NCBI RefSeq assembly: GCF_006345805.1
Contig: NC_043000.1
Coordinates: 156,612,001-156,676,000 of the forward strand
Direction: 5' to 3'
Length of the DNA: 64,000 nucleotides
DNA from: Octopus sinensis
Lineage: Eukaryota
Shown: in pieces, positions 51,901 to 64,000 of the stretch
Position numbering within the stretch: the first letter of the stretch is position 1
Layout: each line of letters opens with the position of its first letter
Notes under the pieces: generated by a model
The model's database searches: none
Told to the model about the DNA's origin: nothing
Seen by the model: the letters and a program-made list of their open reading frames with translations, nothing else
Made by a program: the position numbers and the translations under genes

Positions 51901-51995
51901 GCTGAGGGGTCTTAGGAATAAACTGCAACAGCAAGATTTAGATTACCAACCATTTGAAATATATTTTACATTGGTAAAAATGAGACCAATAGTGT

Positions 51996-52348
51996 GGATG
52001 GAAGCACTCCGTCGGTTACGACGACGAGGGTTCCGGTTGATCCGAATCAACGGAACAACCTGCTCGTGAAATTAACGTGTAAGTGGCTGAGCACTCCACA
52101 GACACGTGTACCCTTAACGTAGTTCTTGGGGATATTCAGCGTGACACAGAGAGTGACAAGGAAGTAAGAGTGAGAGAAAGTTGTGGTGAAAGAGTACAGC
52201 AGGGATCACCACCATCCCCTGCCGGAGCCTCGTGGAGCTTTAGGTGTTTTTGCTCAATAAACACTCACAACGCCCGGTCTGGGAATCGAAACCGCGATCC
52301 TATGACTGCGAGTCCGCTGCCCTAACCACTGGGCCATTGCGCCTCCAC
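51996..52348 (-). mobile_element. SINE family C with 11-bp TSD
   Basis: TSD ACCAATAGTGT at 51985-51995 and 52349-52359; reverse of 54441-54826. Confidence 0.92.
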
Positions 52349-52814
52349 ACCAATAGTGTAAACCTAGGAAGAACTAGAGCCTGCGAGGATTTATGTGGTC
52401 CATTTATATGCTAGAAATAACGGCAAAATTCTCTGAAACATGCATAACTTTATAGTTAAAATAAATATCCGCTGCGCAGCAATATGGTCTTGAGCTTGAT
52501 CGCATTGCTCGGTGACTTGGGTATGTTTCCTATCATACACTTCGCTCAATCACTGCATTGAAAATAGAACTTGGTCGGCGTCACTTGTGCAGAAGCCTAT
52601 CGCATGCGTATAGTATTTCAACCGAATCTCCTTGTAAGGAGTTGTTCTCATGAGTCGTATAAGCAATCCAATGTCACTCTAACAGTCATATACACACTGA
52701 ACTAGTGACTGGTCATTTAGAAATCCGCATCCAAAGACGTTTATGTTTAACAAAATGCTGAATACAATCGAAAATAATTAATTCTTAAAACACATTTAAT
52801 ATTCCAAAGGTTGA

Positions 52815-53112
52815 AAGATGGTGAGTTGGTAGAATCGTTAACACGCTGGACAAAAATTTCGTCCGACTTTACACTCTGAGTTCAAATGCCACCGGGGTCC
52901 TTTCAGGGTCGATAAAATAGGTTCCAATTGAAACACTGGGGCCGATGGAATCAAGTAGATCCTTCCACTCGAAATCTTTGGACATGTGCCAAAATTTGAA
53001 ACAAACATTTCGGGGCTCGAAGGTGGCGAGCTGAGAGATCGTTAGTACGCCAGGCAAAAGCTTAGCAGCATTTAGTCCGCCTTTACGTTCTGAGTTCAAA
53101 TTCCGCCGGGGT

Positions 53113-53113
<1 letters not shown>
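52815..53113 (+). mobile_element. Diverged SINE B copy followed by a second B head
   Basis: Two GGTG.CGAG.TG..GA.TCGTTA heads and GAGTTCAAAT boxes. Confidence 0.75.
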
Positions 53114-53147
<34 letters not shown>

Positions 53148-53158
53148 ACACACACATA

Positions 53159-53274
<116 letters not shown>

Positions 53275-53380
53275 TTATAATAAGATTAGCTCGTATACGA
53301 GTGGGTATATATTTGTAAAAAATGAAGTTTGAAAATGCTGCTATATTAGACAAATTTTAATTTTTATATATACATTATTT

Positions 53381-53424
53381 ATTTAACATGTTTCGGTTCT
53401 TGAAATGATGAACCTTATCAAAAA
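53381..53424 (-). ncRNA. Degenerate hammerhead motif
   Basis: TTT-TTGATAA-GGTTC..GAACC-GAAA-CATG-TT-AAA; two core substitutions, palindromic ACATGT. Confidence 0.5.
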
Positions 53425-53634
53425 AAATTATATATAAAAAAGATAGTTCATGCTATCAAATATAAAAAATTTCATATATAATATTCAATAGAGTCAAACA
53501 TAAAAAATTCATATATAGTAAAGCGAGGCCATGCTATATGTTTAAAGAGTATGATGTAGTAGTTCATAGTGGTGATATGCATTCAATAGAGTCATATATA
53601 TACATATATATGTATATGTATATGTATATATATA

Positions 53635-53850
53635 TTTTGATTTTTGATTTTTGATTTTTCCAGTTTCAGCTCATGAGCTGTGGCCATGCTGGGGCACCAC
53701 CATTTGGTTTGCTACATGATTTTACCTCACGAATGCTTTTTACCAAATGCCATTTGGTGCATGAGAGAGTTCGATGCAGCTGCCATCATCTGCACCTCCT
53801 GCCGTGAAGTTGGTTCATCCGGGACACCTGACAGGATATGTATGGCTATC
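53635..53850 (-). mobile_element. CR1-like LINE extreme 3' end with (AAAAATC/AAAATC)n tail
   Basis: Manual translation ILSGVPDEPTSRQEVQMMAAASNSLMHQ; 3' UTR GGTGCCCCAGCATGGCCACAG..CTGAAAC. Confidence 0.7.
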
Positions 53851-53939
53851 CTGGAAAACATTTAACCACAGTTCAGTGTATGGTCAGAGTTTTCTGCGGA
53901 TTAAAGACAAGAGAAACAGTAGCAGTAGCAGCAACACCA

Positions 53940-53985
<46 letters not shown>

Positions 53986-54440
53986 ACTACTACTACTACT
54001 ACGACTACTACTACTACTACTATATTGCACAGCTTCACTGTGTATAAATAGAAGCTTCTACAGTGTCTCACTGAAAGGCGATCGTCATGCATCATCAGTA
54101 TTTGAACATTCAAAGCAGCAGCAGCAGCAGCAATGGTTGGCGTAGTGATACCACATAGGACTATTTTGTTCTATTTACTGCACATGCTTTGAATCAATAA
54201 GCAGACGATGATGCAAAAGGAAGGAAATCAATAAAGTCAAGTATATTAATATTTTTTTTTTTTTCAAATCATCGTTGTATTCCTTCTTTTTTCCCCTTTC
54301 TGTCTGTCTGTCTGTCTACATCTCTCTCTCTTTCTCTTTCTCTTTCTCTCTCCTCCCTCAATCTCTTTCACGCGCGCGCACACACACACACAGACACACA
54401 CATTCACTCACTCATTTATCAGTACAGGTATGTGTCTTGA

Positions 54441-54826
54441 GTGGAGGCGCAATGGTCCAGTGGTTAGGGCAGCGGACTCGCGGTCATAGGATCGCGGTTT
54501 CGATTCCCAGACCAGGCGTTGTGAGTGTTTATTGAGCGAAAACACCTAAAGCTCCACGAGGCTCCGGCAGGGGATGGTGGTGATCCCTGCTGTACTCTTT
54601 CACCACAACTTTCTCTCACTCTTACTTCCTGTTTCTGTTGTACCTGTATTTCAAAGGGCCGGCCTTGCCATTCTCTGTGTCACACTGAATATCCCCGAGA
54701 ACTGCGTTAAGGGTACACGTGTCTGTGGAGTGCTCAGCCACTTACACGTTAATTTCACGAGCAGGCTGTTCCGTTGATTCGGATCAACCGGAACCCTCGT
54801 CGTCGTAACCGACGGAGTGCTTCCCA
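54441..54826 (+). mobile_element. SINE family C, full length (tRNA-Arg-like head), 11-bp TSD
   Basis: A box TGGTCCAGTGG, B box GGTTTCGATTCC; TSD ATGTGTCTTGA at 54430-54440 and 54827-54837; 3' stem-loop CGTCG..CGACG. Confidence 0.92.
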
Positions 54827-55153
54827 ATGTGTCTTGAACATACTTGCAAAGAAATAGTAATATGATGTCCCGTAACAGAGGGACATGCTTACAAACAGTC
54901 GTACACATATATCCCTATATATATATATATATATATATATGTAGACAACACAAATATTTATTGCACCCACTCAAACAACCCCCCCCACACACATATATAC
55001 ATGTATGTATGTATGTATGTATTTATGTATATGTTTGTATCACTTGAATCCTGATCTATTTTTATATGTATGTATATATACACACACATGCATATATAGA
55101 TAGTTAATAGATATAAGCATACACACATAGACATAAAGCATATATGTATGTAA

Positions 55154-55196
<43 letters not shown>

Positions 55197-55236
55197 TATA
55201 TATATATATATATGCTATATATAAGTGTATATATGC

Positions 55237-55268
<32 letters not shown>

Positions 55269-56249
55269 TTAATCGGGAAGTCTAAACCCTTTATGGAGGG
55301 GAAGCCCAGGGTAATCCCATAAACGAGCCTTCCCCATTAAAATGTACACTGCTCTACATCTTAGAGCTTGCTTCTCCAGATTTATGTTTTCTACAAACGA
55401 TATATATATATAGGTATTTTTTTACTTTTAGATAAAAGCATTTGCCTTCAAATTATTCAATAATATTCTAAGGTGCATTAAGTATAATTCACTTCATACA
55501 GATCTGCACACACGCAGCGCGTACACACACACCGATGCGCGAGGCAGCCAATCAGTGGGATCGTTAGATCGGCTGTCAAATTGCTTTGCAGTAACTGTTC
55601 CGGGCCTCTGGTTTCCGAGTTCAAGTTCCGTTGAGGCCAAGTTAACTTCTCATCTTTTCGAAATCGATAAGTAAAGTATCAGTTGTGTACTGAGGTAGAT
55701 TCTTCTCTCGCTTCACGTATTAATACACTCCTTTATTTCATTTTCTTTCCACAACCTTGAGTCGCAAAAAGCTCCTCCCAGATATGATTCATATTGTGAC
55801 GTTGTCTCTATGACTTCTTGAAGAGCTTAAAGTCTTAAACACCTAGCAGTATGGATCATTGATGTTCCGTTGTGGTTAAGCATCCAGTGGGACTTTGAAC
55901 ATTCAAAGGAGCGTTACAAATAACTACAATGGTGAAATGTATATAGGAATGCTGAAACGCTTTGAGGTTATCGCGAAAAGCCTGCTTGGGGCCCAACATT
56001 CCAAATTCTTTTACAGGGTTTAGGAAAGCTGAAGGACCGCTGCAATAAACATGAGGTAATATGTTGTATAAAATCATAATTAACAGATCCTCCGGTATTT
56101 TCTTTTACTCAAAACCAGGAACTTCTCAGAACCACCTTGTATATATACGTGGTACTTTTATAATGGTCTCTTGCTGAACCGGTAAGTTGAGGGACATAAA
56201 CACATTACCATTGCAGGTTTCCGATGCTGCGGATATATACTTTTTAACA

Positions 56250-56281
<32 letters not shown>

Positions 56282-56287
56282 ACACAC

Positions 56288-56336
<49 letters not shown>

Positions 56337-56423
56337 GAACGGGGAAAAAGACAACAAGAAGAAACAACTCGAGGATGTGGTACATGCAAAGTGTTAATAA
56401 GACGCTCAGGGAAGGAAAAAGGG

Positions 56424-56460
56424 TGTTTTACGTTTCGAGCAAAGCTCTTTTTTAGAAACA
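56424..56460 (-). ncRNA. Degenerate minimal hammerhead motif in a PLE-like terminal fragment (56340-56512)
   Basis: TGTTT-CTAAAAA-A-GAGC TTT GCTC-GAAA-CG-TA-AAACA; all stems intact, two G>A in core. Confidence 0.6.
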
Positions 56461-56513
56461 AGAGACAGAGGAAGGTCCAAAAGAAAAGGAAAACGGTTGA
56501 AAAATCGCCAACA

Positions 56514-56548
<35 letters not shown>

Positions 56549-56804
56549 ACACACACACACACACACCACACACACACACACTCACACACACACACATATA
56601 TATGAAATTGTTGACAATTCTATATCCGCTATATCGGAAATCTGCAATGGCTCCATAACTACCGTCTCGGCTACAACCTTGGAGCCCCAGTAATCTGTTA
56701 CAGCACTTACCTAGCGTACCTAGATGTTTAGATCACCTGTGAACTAAACCCCCGTACTTTGTTTGTACATATGTATGTATGTATTTATGTATGTATGTTA
56801 TATT

Positions 56805-57015
56805 TGTCTGTTTGTGTCCCAACACTGCTTGACAACCGGTATTGGTGTGTTTATGTCCCTCAACTTATCGGTTCAGTAAGAGACCATTATATAAGTACCA
56901 CGTTTAACAAAAGAATAAGTACAGGAGTCGATTATTCGATTAGTTCGATTAAAGATTCTTCAAGGAGGTGTCCCAGCATGGTCGCAGTCTGATGAATGAA
57001 ACAAGTAAAAGATAA
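56805..57015 (+). mobile_element. SINE A 3' half, diverged
   Basis: GCTTGACAACCG.T..TGGTGTGTTTA..CCAGCATGGTCGCAGTC. Confidence 0.8.
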
Positions 57016-57044
57016 AATGCACATATATGTATATATACACGTGT

Positions 57045-57091
<47 letters not shown>

Positions 57092-57352
57092 TATATATAT
57101 ATGTACATACATATATATATATATTTTTATATATACGTATACATATATATATACACACACATATATATATATATACATACGTATATATATATACATACAT
57201 ACATACATACATACATACACATATATATATATACATACATACATACACATATATATATATATATGTAGTCGACTTAATCCCTTTGTCTGTCCTTGTTTGT
57301 CCCCTCTGTGTTTAGCCCCTTGTGGGTAGTAAAGAAATATATATATATATAT

Positions 57353-57391
<39 letters not shown>

Positions 57392-57392
<1 letters not shown>

Positions 57393-58132
57393 GAATGGAC
57401 TTAGACTGTTGTGATGTCTAGGTCCGTGAGCACCAACGAGGCATTGACTCGGTGAGAGTGCTCACTGCCTTAACAGGTGGTCAGTTCTATGGTATTATCG
57501 AAGGAGAGCAATAAACCTGAAATATACTACGCAAAAACATTATCTTATTTACCAGTGTGCGTTTGTATATATGTGTGTATATGCACACACACATACATAA
57601 ATTTATGTGTGTGTCTATGTGTTTTAGTGCGTCTGTGATGTTTGCTTGAAAAGACGTCAGAGCCGGTGCATACAAATGTCGTCTGGTCAATGTCCTGTTG
57701 TTATATACTGTCGGACACTCACTAGAAACAGGATATAACTCCACGTATATTTGTTGTTGGTGCTGGTGGTGGTCATCTTTGTTGTGGTCGTTGCCATGGT
57801 GGCGCCCGTGGTGGTGGTGCTGGTGGTGATGGTAGTGGTGATGTGGTTAATACTGCGTTAGGTTTTCACTGTGTCTTTAATAATTCTAGCAAGCCGTCTT
57901 TCGTTATGGTGCTTATTGGTGGTGGTGGGTGTGGCGGTGGTGGTGGTGGTGGGTGATATTAGTGGTGATGGTGCTACTAATGATTGGTAGTTGTAGTAGT
58001 GGTATCGTTATAGATGATGTTGTGTTATTTTAGGTGATGGCGGTCGACATATCACTGGTGCTAGTGCGTAATCAGTGGAATAAATAGTTTGGTCGATCAA
58101 AGACTACTGGGAGAAGTAATCGAACAGACATT

Positions 58133-58177
<45 letters not shown>

Positions 58178-58185
58178 GAGTGTGT

Positions 58186-58223
<38 letters not shown>

Positions 58224-58450
58224 ACATATATATATGTGTGTGTATGTGTGTGTGTGTGTGTATGTATATAAAAGATTGGTGCGAATGGACTTAGACTTTT
58301 GTGATGTCTAGGTCCGCGAGCACCAACGACGCATTGACTCGGTGAGAGTGCTCACTGCCTTAACAGGTGGTCAGTGCTATGGTATTATCGAAGGAGAAAT
58401 ATACTACGCAAAACCATTATTTTATTTACCAATTTGCGTTTGTATATATG
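57392..58450. repeat. ~170-180-bp direct repeat pair (57392-57572, 58282-58450) with hairpins
   Basis: Near-identical copies 890 bp apart. Confidence 0.9.
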
Positions 58451-58574
58451 TGTATAAATCTGAGTGTATATGTATGATCATATGTGTGTATGTGTGTGTG
58501 TGTTAGTATATGTGTGTGTATGTATAGTTATTTATATACAACAGACTTCTTTCAGTTTCCGTCTGCCAAATCCA

Positions 58575-59056
58575 TAGTTGGATGACGAACAAAGGTGTGG
58601 AATTAAAGCATTTGAAGAGGCCAGGATAACACAAATAAGACTCAAAAGAGATCTAAGGAAGAATGTAAAGATCGACAAGGTGAATGACAATGACCTTTTT
58701 GTGACCACAGTCTGTGACAGACCATGCCTGTCTTTGGCTGGCCTCAAATCTCATCTGCGAACACATGGAAAACAAACCTCCACCAACTATTCTGCCTATA
58801 TGTCTGTCCCCACCTTTGAATGCAGACTATGCTAGAAGGTTTGCAAATCCAACGGAGGCCCTAAGAGGCGTTTTAAGATCCACAAAGAGCAGAACTTATC
58901 TGCACATCTTGGTGGTCCAAAATCGGAGGTGCAATCTCTGCGGTTGTCTTTTCAGAACATTGTCTTGTTTGAGAAGCCACATCAGATGCCATGATGGAGC
59001 TAAGGTGTAGGTACAGGAGGTGGTCAAACTATGCTTAAGGAGTAGACAACCACCAT
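58575..59056 (+). mobile_element. RTE-like LINE 3' end with three C2H2 fingers
   Basis: GIKAFEEARI..KR..RK; VCDRPCLSLAGLKSHLRTH; CRLC*KVCKS..KRRFKIH; CNLCGCLFRTLSCLRSHIRCH. Confidence 0.75.
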
Positions 59057-59074
59057 ATATATATATATATATAT

Positions 59075-59218
59075 AAGACTGGCTTCTTTCAGTTTCCGTC
59101 TACCAAATCCACTCACAAGGTTTTGGGCAGCCCGAGGCTTTAGTAGAAGACATTTACCACAGGTGTCTCGCAGTGGGATTGAATCCGGTTGCGAGGCAAG
59201 CTTCTTACCACACAACCA
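59075..59218 (-). mobile_element. SINE A head half
   Basis: CTTCTTTCAGTTTCCGTCTACCAAATCCACTCACAAGG. Confidence 0.85.
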
Positions 59219-59415
59219 TCTCTTTGAAAATGATAGTAATATATTTCTTCACTGTCTTGTTTGGATTAAGCGAAAACATGCCAAAAACCATTCAGGAAAT
59301 ATTCCGTAAGATGATTTTGTATTTTTTCATTTAGTTCAAACACGGTAACATGACACTTCCATAGAGCTATGGACACGTCCCCATTTCTCAAGGAACAGCA
59401 ACAACAATATTAATA

Positions 59416-59627
59416 ATTGTTTCGAATTTTGACACGCGGGCAGTAATTTCTGGGGCGGGGATAAATCGATTACATCGATCGCCGGTGCTCGACTGATACG
59501 TATTTTAACGAAAGGATGAAAGACGAAGTGGGACCTCGGCAGAATGTGAACTCAGAACGTAAAGACGGACGAAATACTGCTAAGTATTTTGCCCGGCGTG
59601 CTAACGATTCTGCCAGCTCACCGCCTT
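59416..59627 (-). mobile_element. SINE family B, third tail type
   Basis: Reverse head GCTAACGATTCTGCCAGCTCACCGCCTT. Confidence 0.85.
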
Positions 59628-59849
59628 AGACAACAGTGTTAATAAGAGTAATAATAACGATGATGATTATGATGATAGGGGGGGGTGTAGTGATGAGGAT
59701 GATATTGGTGGTGTTGACAGTAAGGGTAGTGGGAGTAGGGATATGGATACAAAGGTCTCGTAGTTTTGAGAATAAGTATAAAGCACGTTAATTGATCTCA
59801 GTTGTCAAATGCTGCATAGTGACAAACACATGCACGAAAAATCTGTGTA

Positions 59850-59864
59850 AGTGTGTGTGTTGTG

Positions 59865-59896
<32 letters not shown>

Positions 59897-59919
59897 GTGT
59901 GTGTGTGTGTGTGTGTGTG

Positions 59920-59950
<31 letters not shown>

Positions 59951-60197
59951 GTGTGTGTTGTGTGTGTGTGTGTGTGTGTTGTGTGTGTGTATGTGTGTGT
60001 GTTGTGTGTGTTGTGTGTGTGTGTGTGTGTGTTGTGTGTGTGTATGTTTGTGTGTGTGTGTGTGTGTTGTGTGTGTCTGTGTGTGTTGTGTGTGTGTGTA
60101 TGTTTGTGTGTGTGTGTATTGTGTGTGTGTGTGTGTATGTTTGTGTGTGTGTGTATTGTGTGTGTGTGTGTGTGTATGTTTGTGTGTGTATTGTGTG

Positions 60198-60233
<36 letters not shown>

Positions 60234-60360
60234 TGTGTGTGTGTGTTGTGTGTGTGTGTGTGTTTTGTGTGTGTGTGTGTGGTTGTGTGGTGTGTGTGTG
60301 TTTGTGTGTGTGTGTGGTGTATGTGTGTGTGTGTGTGTGTGCGTTTGTGTGTGTGTGCAT
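59850..60360. repeat. Interrupted (GT)n microsatellite
   Basis: Direct reading. Confidence 0.95.
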
Positions 60361-60495
60361 GTATGTATTTGTATGTTTGTTTACGTGTATCCATCTATAC
60401 AAATATATGAACCTACTTTACAATTTGTATAAACATTAGATAATGTTTTTCATTCTACGACACGCTCCATATACTTCCAACACTTATAGGTGAAC

Positions 60496-60526
<31 letters not shown>

Positions 60527-60874
60527 GACAAACAACACACACACACACACACACGTGATAATATCGAACCGTGATAAATGAGAATGAGCGCTTAACATTT
60601 GTGAATGTAAGTGTAAATATGTGCATGTATGTATTTTGTCTTTGTATGTATGTATGTATGTATGTATGTATGTATGTATGTATGTATGTATGTATGTATG
60701 CATGTTTGTATGTATGTATGTTTGTATGTATGTATGCATGTATGTATGTATGTATGTATGTTTGTATGTATGTATGTATGTATGTATGTATGTATGTTTG
60801 TATGTATGTATGCATGTATGTATGTATGTATGTATGTATGTATGTATGTATGTATGTATGTATGTGTATAGATA

Positions 60875-61082
60875 TTCTTTTATTTGTTTCAGTGATTTGA
60901 CTGCGGCCATGCTGGATCACCGCTTTTTGTCGAACAAATTGACCCCAGGACTTATTCTTTTGTAAACCTAGTACTTATTCGATCGGTCACTTTTGCCGAA
61001 CTGCTAAGTTACGGGTACGTAAACACGCAAACATCGGTTGTCAAGCGATGGGTGGGGTGGGGGGTAAACACAGACACACAAA
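60875..61082 (-). mobile_element. SINE A 3' half
   Basis: Matches the tail of 27890-28313. Confidence 0.88.
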
Positions 61083-61253
61083 CATATATGTATATATTGT
61101 GTGTGTGTGTGTGTGTGTGTCTATGTGTGTGTGTGTATATATGTATATATATATATATACACACACATACACATATATATATACACACACACACATATAT
61201 ATATATACAGATAGATAGATAGATAGATTGATAGATAGATAGATAGATAGATT

Positions 61254-61287
<34 letters not shown>

Positions 61288-61574
61288 GATAGATAGATAT
61301 GTTATACTATGTATGTGTGTGTCAAATGTTTCAAGTTCCTTTTAGAATGCTATTGATAAAAATCAGAAAGCTCTACCTTATTCTATCCATTGAGTACTTT
61401 GTTGATTAACTGTGGCCGTCTTAGTTTTAAATGCATAATCAAAGTCTATCTATGCACAAAGCTTACCTATGCAGAAACACAGACGCACACTCACGGACAT
61501 CCACACAGAAAGAGAGACAGGTAAACATAGAAAGAGAAAATTTGTAAACTGATAGGGCAATTTGTAACACGTCC

Positions 61575-61891
61575 ATCAGCAACACCGCCAGCACCACCTC
61601 CACCACTACCGTCAGCACCACCGCCACCACAATCGTCACCACCACCACCGAGACCACTGCCAACACTCAACCATTGCTACCGCCACCACCAGCACCACCA
61701 GCACCAGCACCAGCACCAGCACCACCACCACCACCACCAAGACCACTGCCAACACTCGACCATTGCTACCGCCACCGCCGCCGCCACCACCACCACCACT
61801 ATCACCACCATCGCCATCATTATAGTTATAAAATCAACTCCACTGAAACGTCGATTGGAGTAAAAATCCTCGTTGTTGTCGCTATCTCAAT

Positions 61892-61943
<52 letters not shown>

Positions 61944-61995
61944 GCTGCTGCTACTACCACTACTGCTACTGCTTCTGCTGCTACTGCTACTACTA

Positions 61996-62033
<38 letters not shown>

Positions 62034-62138
62034 CATCGCCGCTGCCGTCACCACCGGCACCTCCGTCACCACCACCACCACCGCAGCCACCACCATAAAC
62101 GCTATCACCACTACCGCCACCACTACCACAACCACAGC

Positions 62139-62170
<32 letters not shown>

Positions 62171-62268
62171 AAGTAGTAGTAGTAGTTGTAGTAGTAGTAG
62201 TAGTAGTAGTAGTAGCAGTAGTAGTAGTAGTTGTAGTTGTAGTAGTAGTAGTAGTAGTAGTAGTAGTT

Positions 62269-62303
<35 letters not shown>

Positions 62304-62410
62304 GGTGGTGGTGGTGGTTGTAGCCCCATTGTTGTCATCTCACTTCTGCATGCTTCGGCTTTAATTCAAAAACCCGATTATACTCATTATTATTATTATT
62401 ATTATCATCT
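61575..62410. repeat. Compound trinucleotide low-complexity block (CAC, TAC, AGT, GGT, TTA)
   Basis: Direct reading. Confidence 0.9.
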
Positions 62411-62786
62411 CGCTTTCGTTGCCAGTGGCTGAGGTTTACATCGTGTTTACTGTGTTTACTGACAGCAGCGACTTCCTTTGCATGTAAATAGCTTATGACA
62501 TTGGAAAATCTGCAGACGCCAGACATACTCGCAGAGATAGCAGCGGAGGAACAAGTGGCACTGGTTGCACCTCGGCAGCAGAAAGCATCGCAGCGGTAAT
62601 AATGCCAGATGGAAATTCTTATGAGCTCGCTTGACCTTATTCAAAATGGGAGTCACATGTCTCTCAAAATTGCACCCTATTGTGAAATAGTTTACAACCT
62701 ATTGGGTAACTTGACTTACCCCGTGTATAAAATAAATAAAAAAGAAGTGAAATGGTTACACTTTGTAAGTTTTTTGGTTTTTTTTT

Positions 62787-62958
62787 AGGCGCAGGTGTGG
62801 CTGTGTGGTAAGTAGCTTGTTAACCAACCACATGGTTCCAGATTCAGTCCCACTGCGTGGCATCTTGGGCAAGTGCCTTCTGCTATAGCCCCGGGCCGAC
62901 CAATGCCTTGTGAGTGGATTTGGTAGACGGAAACTGAAAGAAGCATGTCGTATATATG

Positions 62959-62991
<33 letters not shown>

Positions 62992-63197
62992 ATGTTTGTG
63001 TGTCTGTGTTTGTCCCCCTAGCATTGCTTGACAACTGATGCTGGTGTGTTTACGTCCCTGTCACTTAGCGGTTCGGCAAAGAGACCGATAGAATAAGTAC
63101 TGGGCTTACAAAGAATAAGTCCCGGGGTCGATTTGCTCGACTAAAGGCGGTGCTCCAGCTTGGCCGCAGTCAAAATGACTGAAACAAGTAAAAGAGA
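62787..63197 (+). mobile_element. SINE family A, full length
   Basis: Head, internal (TA/TG)n and tail all present. Confidence 0.92.
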
Positions 63198-64000
63198 ATT
63201 TTAAAAAATAAAAAGAGGTGCGCTTGTTCACACATGAGGGTCCTAAGGCGAAACAAATCCACCATCACAACCGCTGACGATAACAACAAAAGCAACAACA
63301 ATTACAACGGTTACAACGACACCGGAAGTGGTTATATTCGAAGCATTATGGACAAGAACAACAGGTAAAGAGACATCCCCAAATAGCAACGGCGTCGGCA
63401 GTAGTAGTAGTAGCAGCAGCAGCAGCAGTAGTAGTAGCAGTAGTAGTAGTAGTAGTAGTAAACAATACCTCTGCACTTTCCCCGCGACTGCAGGGGAAAG
63501 TTCAGAAGTATTTTACTTCGAACAATAGCAGATATTTATTTAGCAACCGAATTAGCAATAGCCGTGCTTCTATCAAGAGCCGCAGAGCATGGAGAGAAAA
63601 AAATTTGCAAATATATCTGCAGCTGCAGTTGCAGTAGCAGTAGAAACAGCAGCAACAAGTGTGATAGTAGTAGTAGTAGAAGCACAAGCAGATGGTGACT
63701 CTATATCAGTAACAGCATTCACTGCTGCAACGGAAGTGAAATCGTCAGCAACGGCATCGGCGGCAATAGCAGCAGCAGCAGAGGCAAGCAACATCAAAGG
63801 AGACAACCTTTGCTGCACACCGGTAACGTGGCAGCAACGGCATTCACACTAACAGCGGCTGCAACAGCGGTAACAGTGCACTAGCACTATGAACAACAAC
63901 AACAAGAATTAATGATAAGGCCTCGACGAAGTCTTGTAGTCGGCTAGAAGTAGCAGCCCATTATCTCTTTGCACACATTTGTATTAAGCGGTGATTTTCT

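Noticed and set aside
54441-54515. tRNA gene
   Set aside because: A/B boxes are present but there is no acceptor stem; it continues into a SINE body with TSDs
55500-55575. CpG-rich patch with CCAAT as a promoter (also 37370-37700)
   Set aside because: No associated exon or other support; short motifs are expected by chance
59788-60439. ~200-aa Cys/Val or His/Thr ORFs
   Set aside because: (GT)n microsatellite, open in several frames on both strands
61674-62432. 252-aa Pro/His/Thr/Ser-rich ORF
   Set aside because: Compound trinucleotide repeats with a non-ATG start and no domain or splice evidence
63573-63852. Ala/Ser/Val-rich ORFs as a host exon
   Set aside because: Degenerate (GCA/GTA)n low complexity, open on both strands

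Overview
AT-rich, microsatellite-dense animal DNA with no supportable host gene. The repeat landscape suggests a coleoid cephalopod, probably Octopus (inference, not a database result). Nearly all ORFs in the track are translations of (TA)n, (CA)n, (TACA)n or trinucleotide repeats. The real coding remnants are decayed retroelements: CR1-like, RTE (APE-RT-C2H2), R4/Dong-like and HERO-like RLE elements, and Penelope-like elements (PLEs; RT, GIY-YIG). There are many copies of three tRNA-derived SINE families, two hAT MITEs with 8-bp TSDs and several Helitron-like ends. The most notable signal is a set of minimal type I hammerhead ribozyme (HHR) motifs with palindromic stem III, all sitting in (TA)n tracts. 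They occur in a 483-bp x2.1 tandem array (retrozyme-like, 38117-39136), at both ends of a 699-bp inverted repeat around a GIY-YIG remnant (39908-41910), and as solo or degenerate copies. Other points: an RLE family always flanked by (TACA)n, a CR1 3' end sharing its tail with the dominant SINE, modular SINE tail swapping, and long RTE target-site duplications. All motifs were read by eye; coordinates of decayed repeats are approximate.
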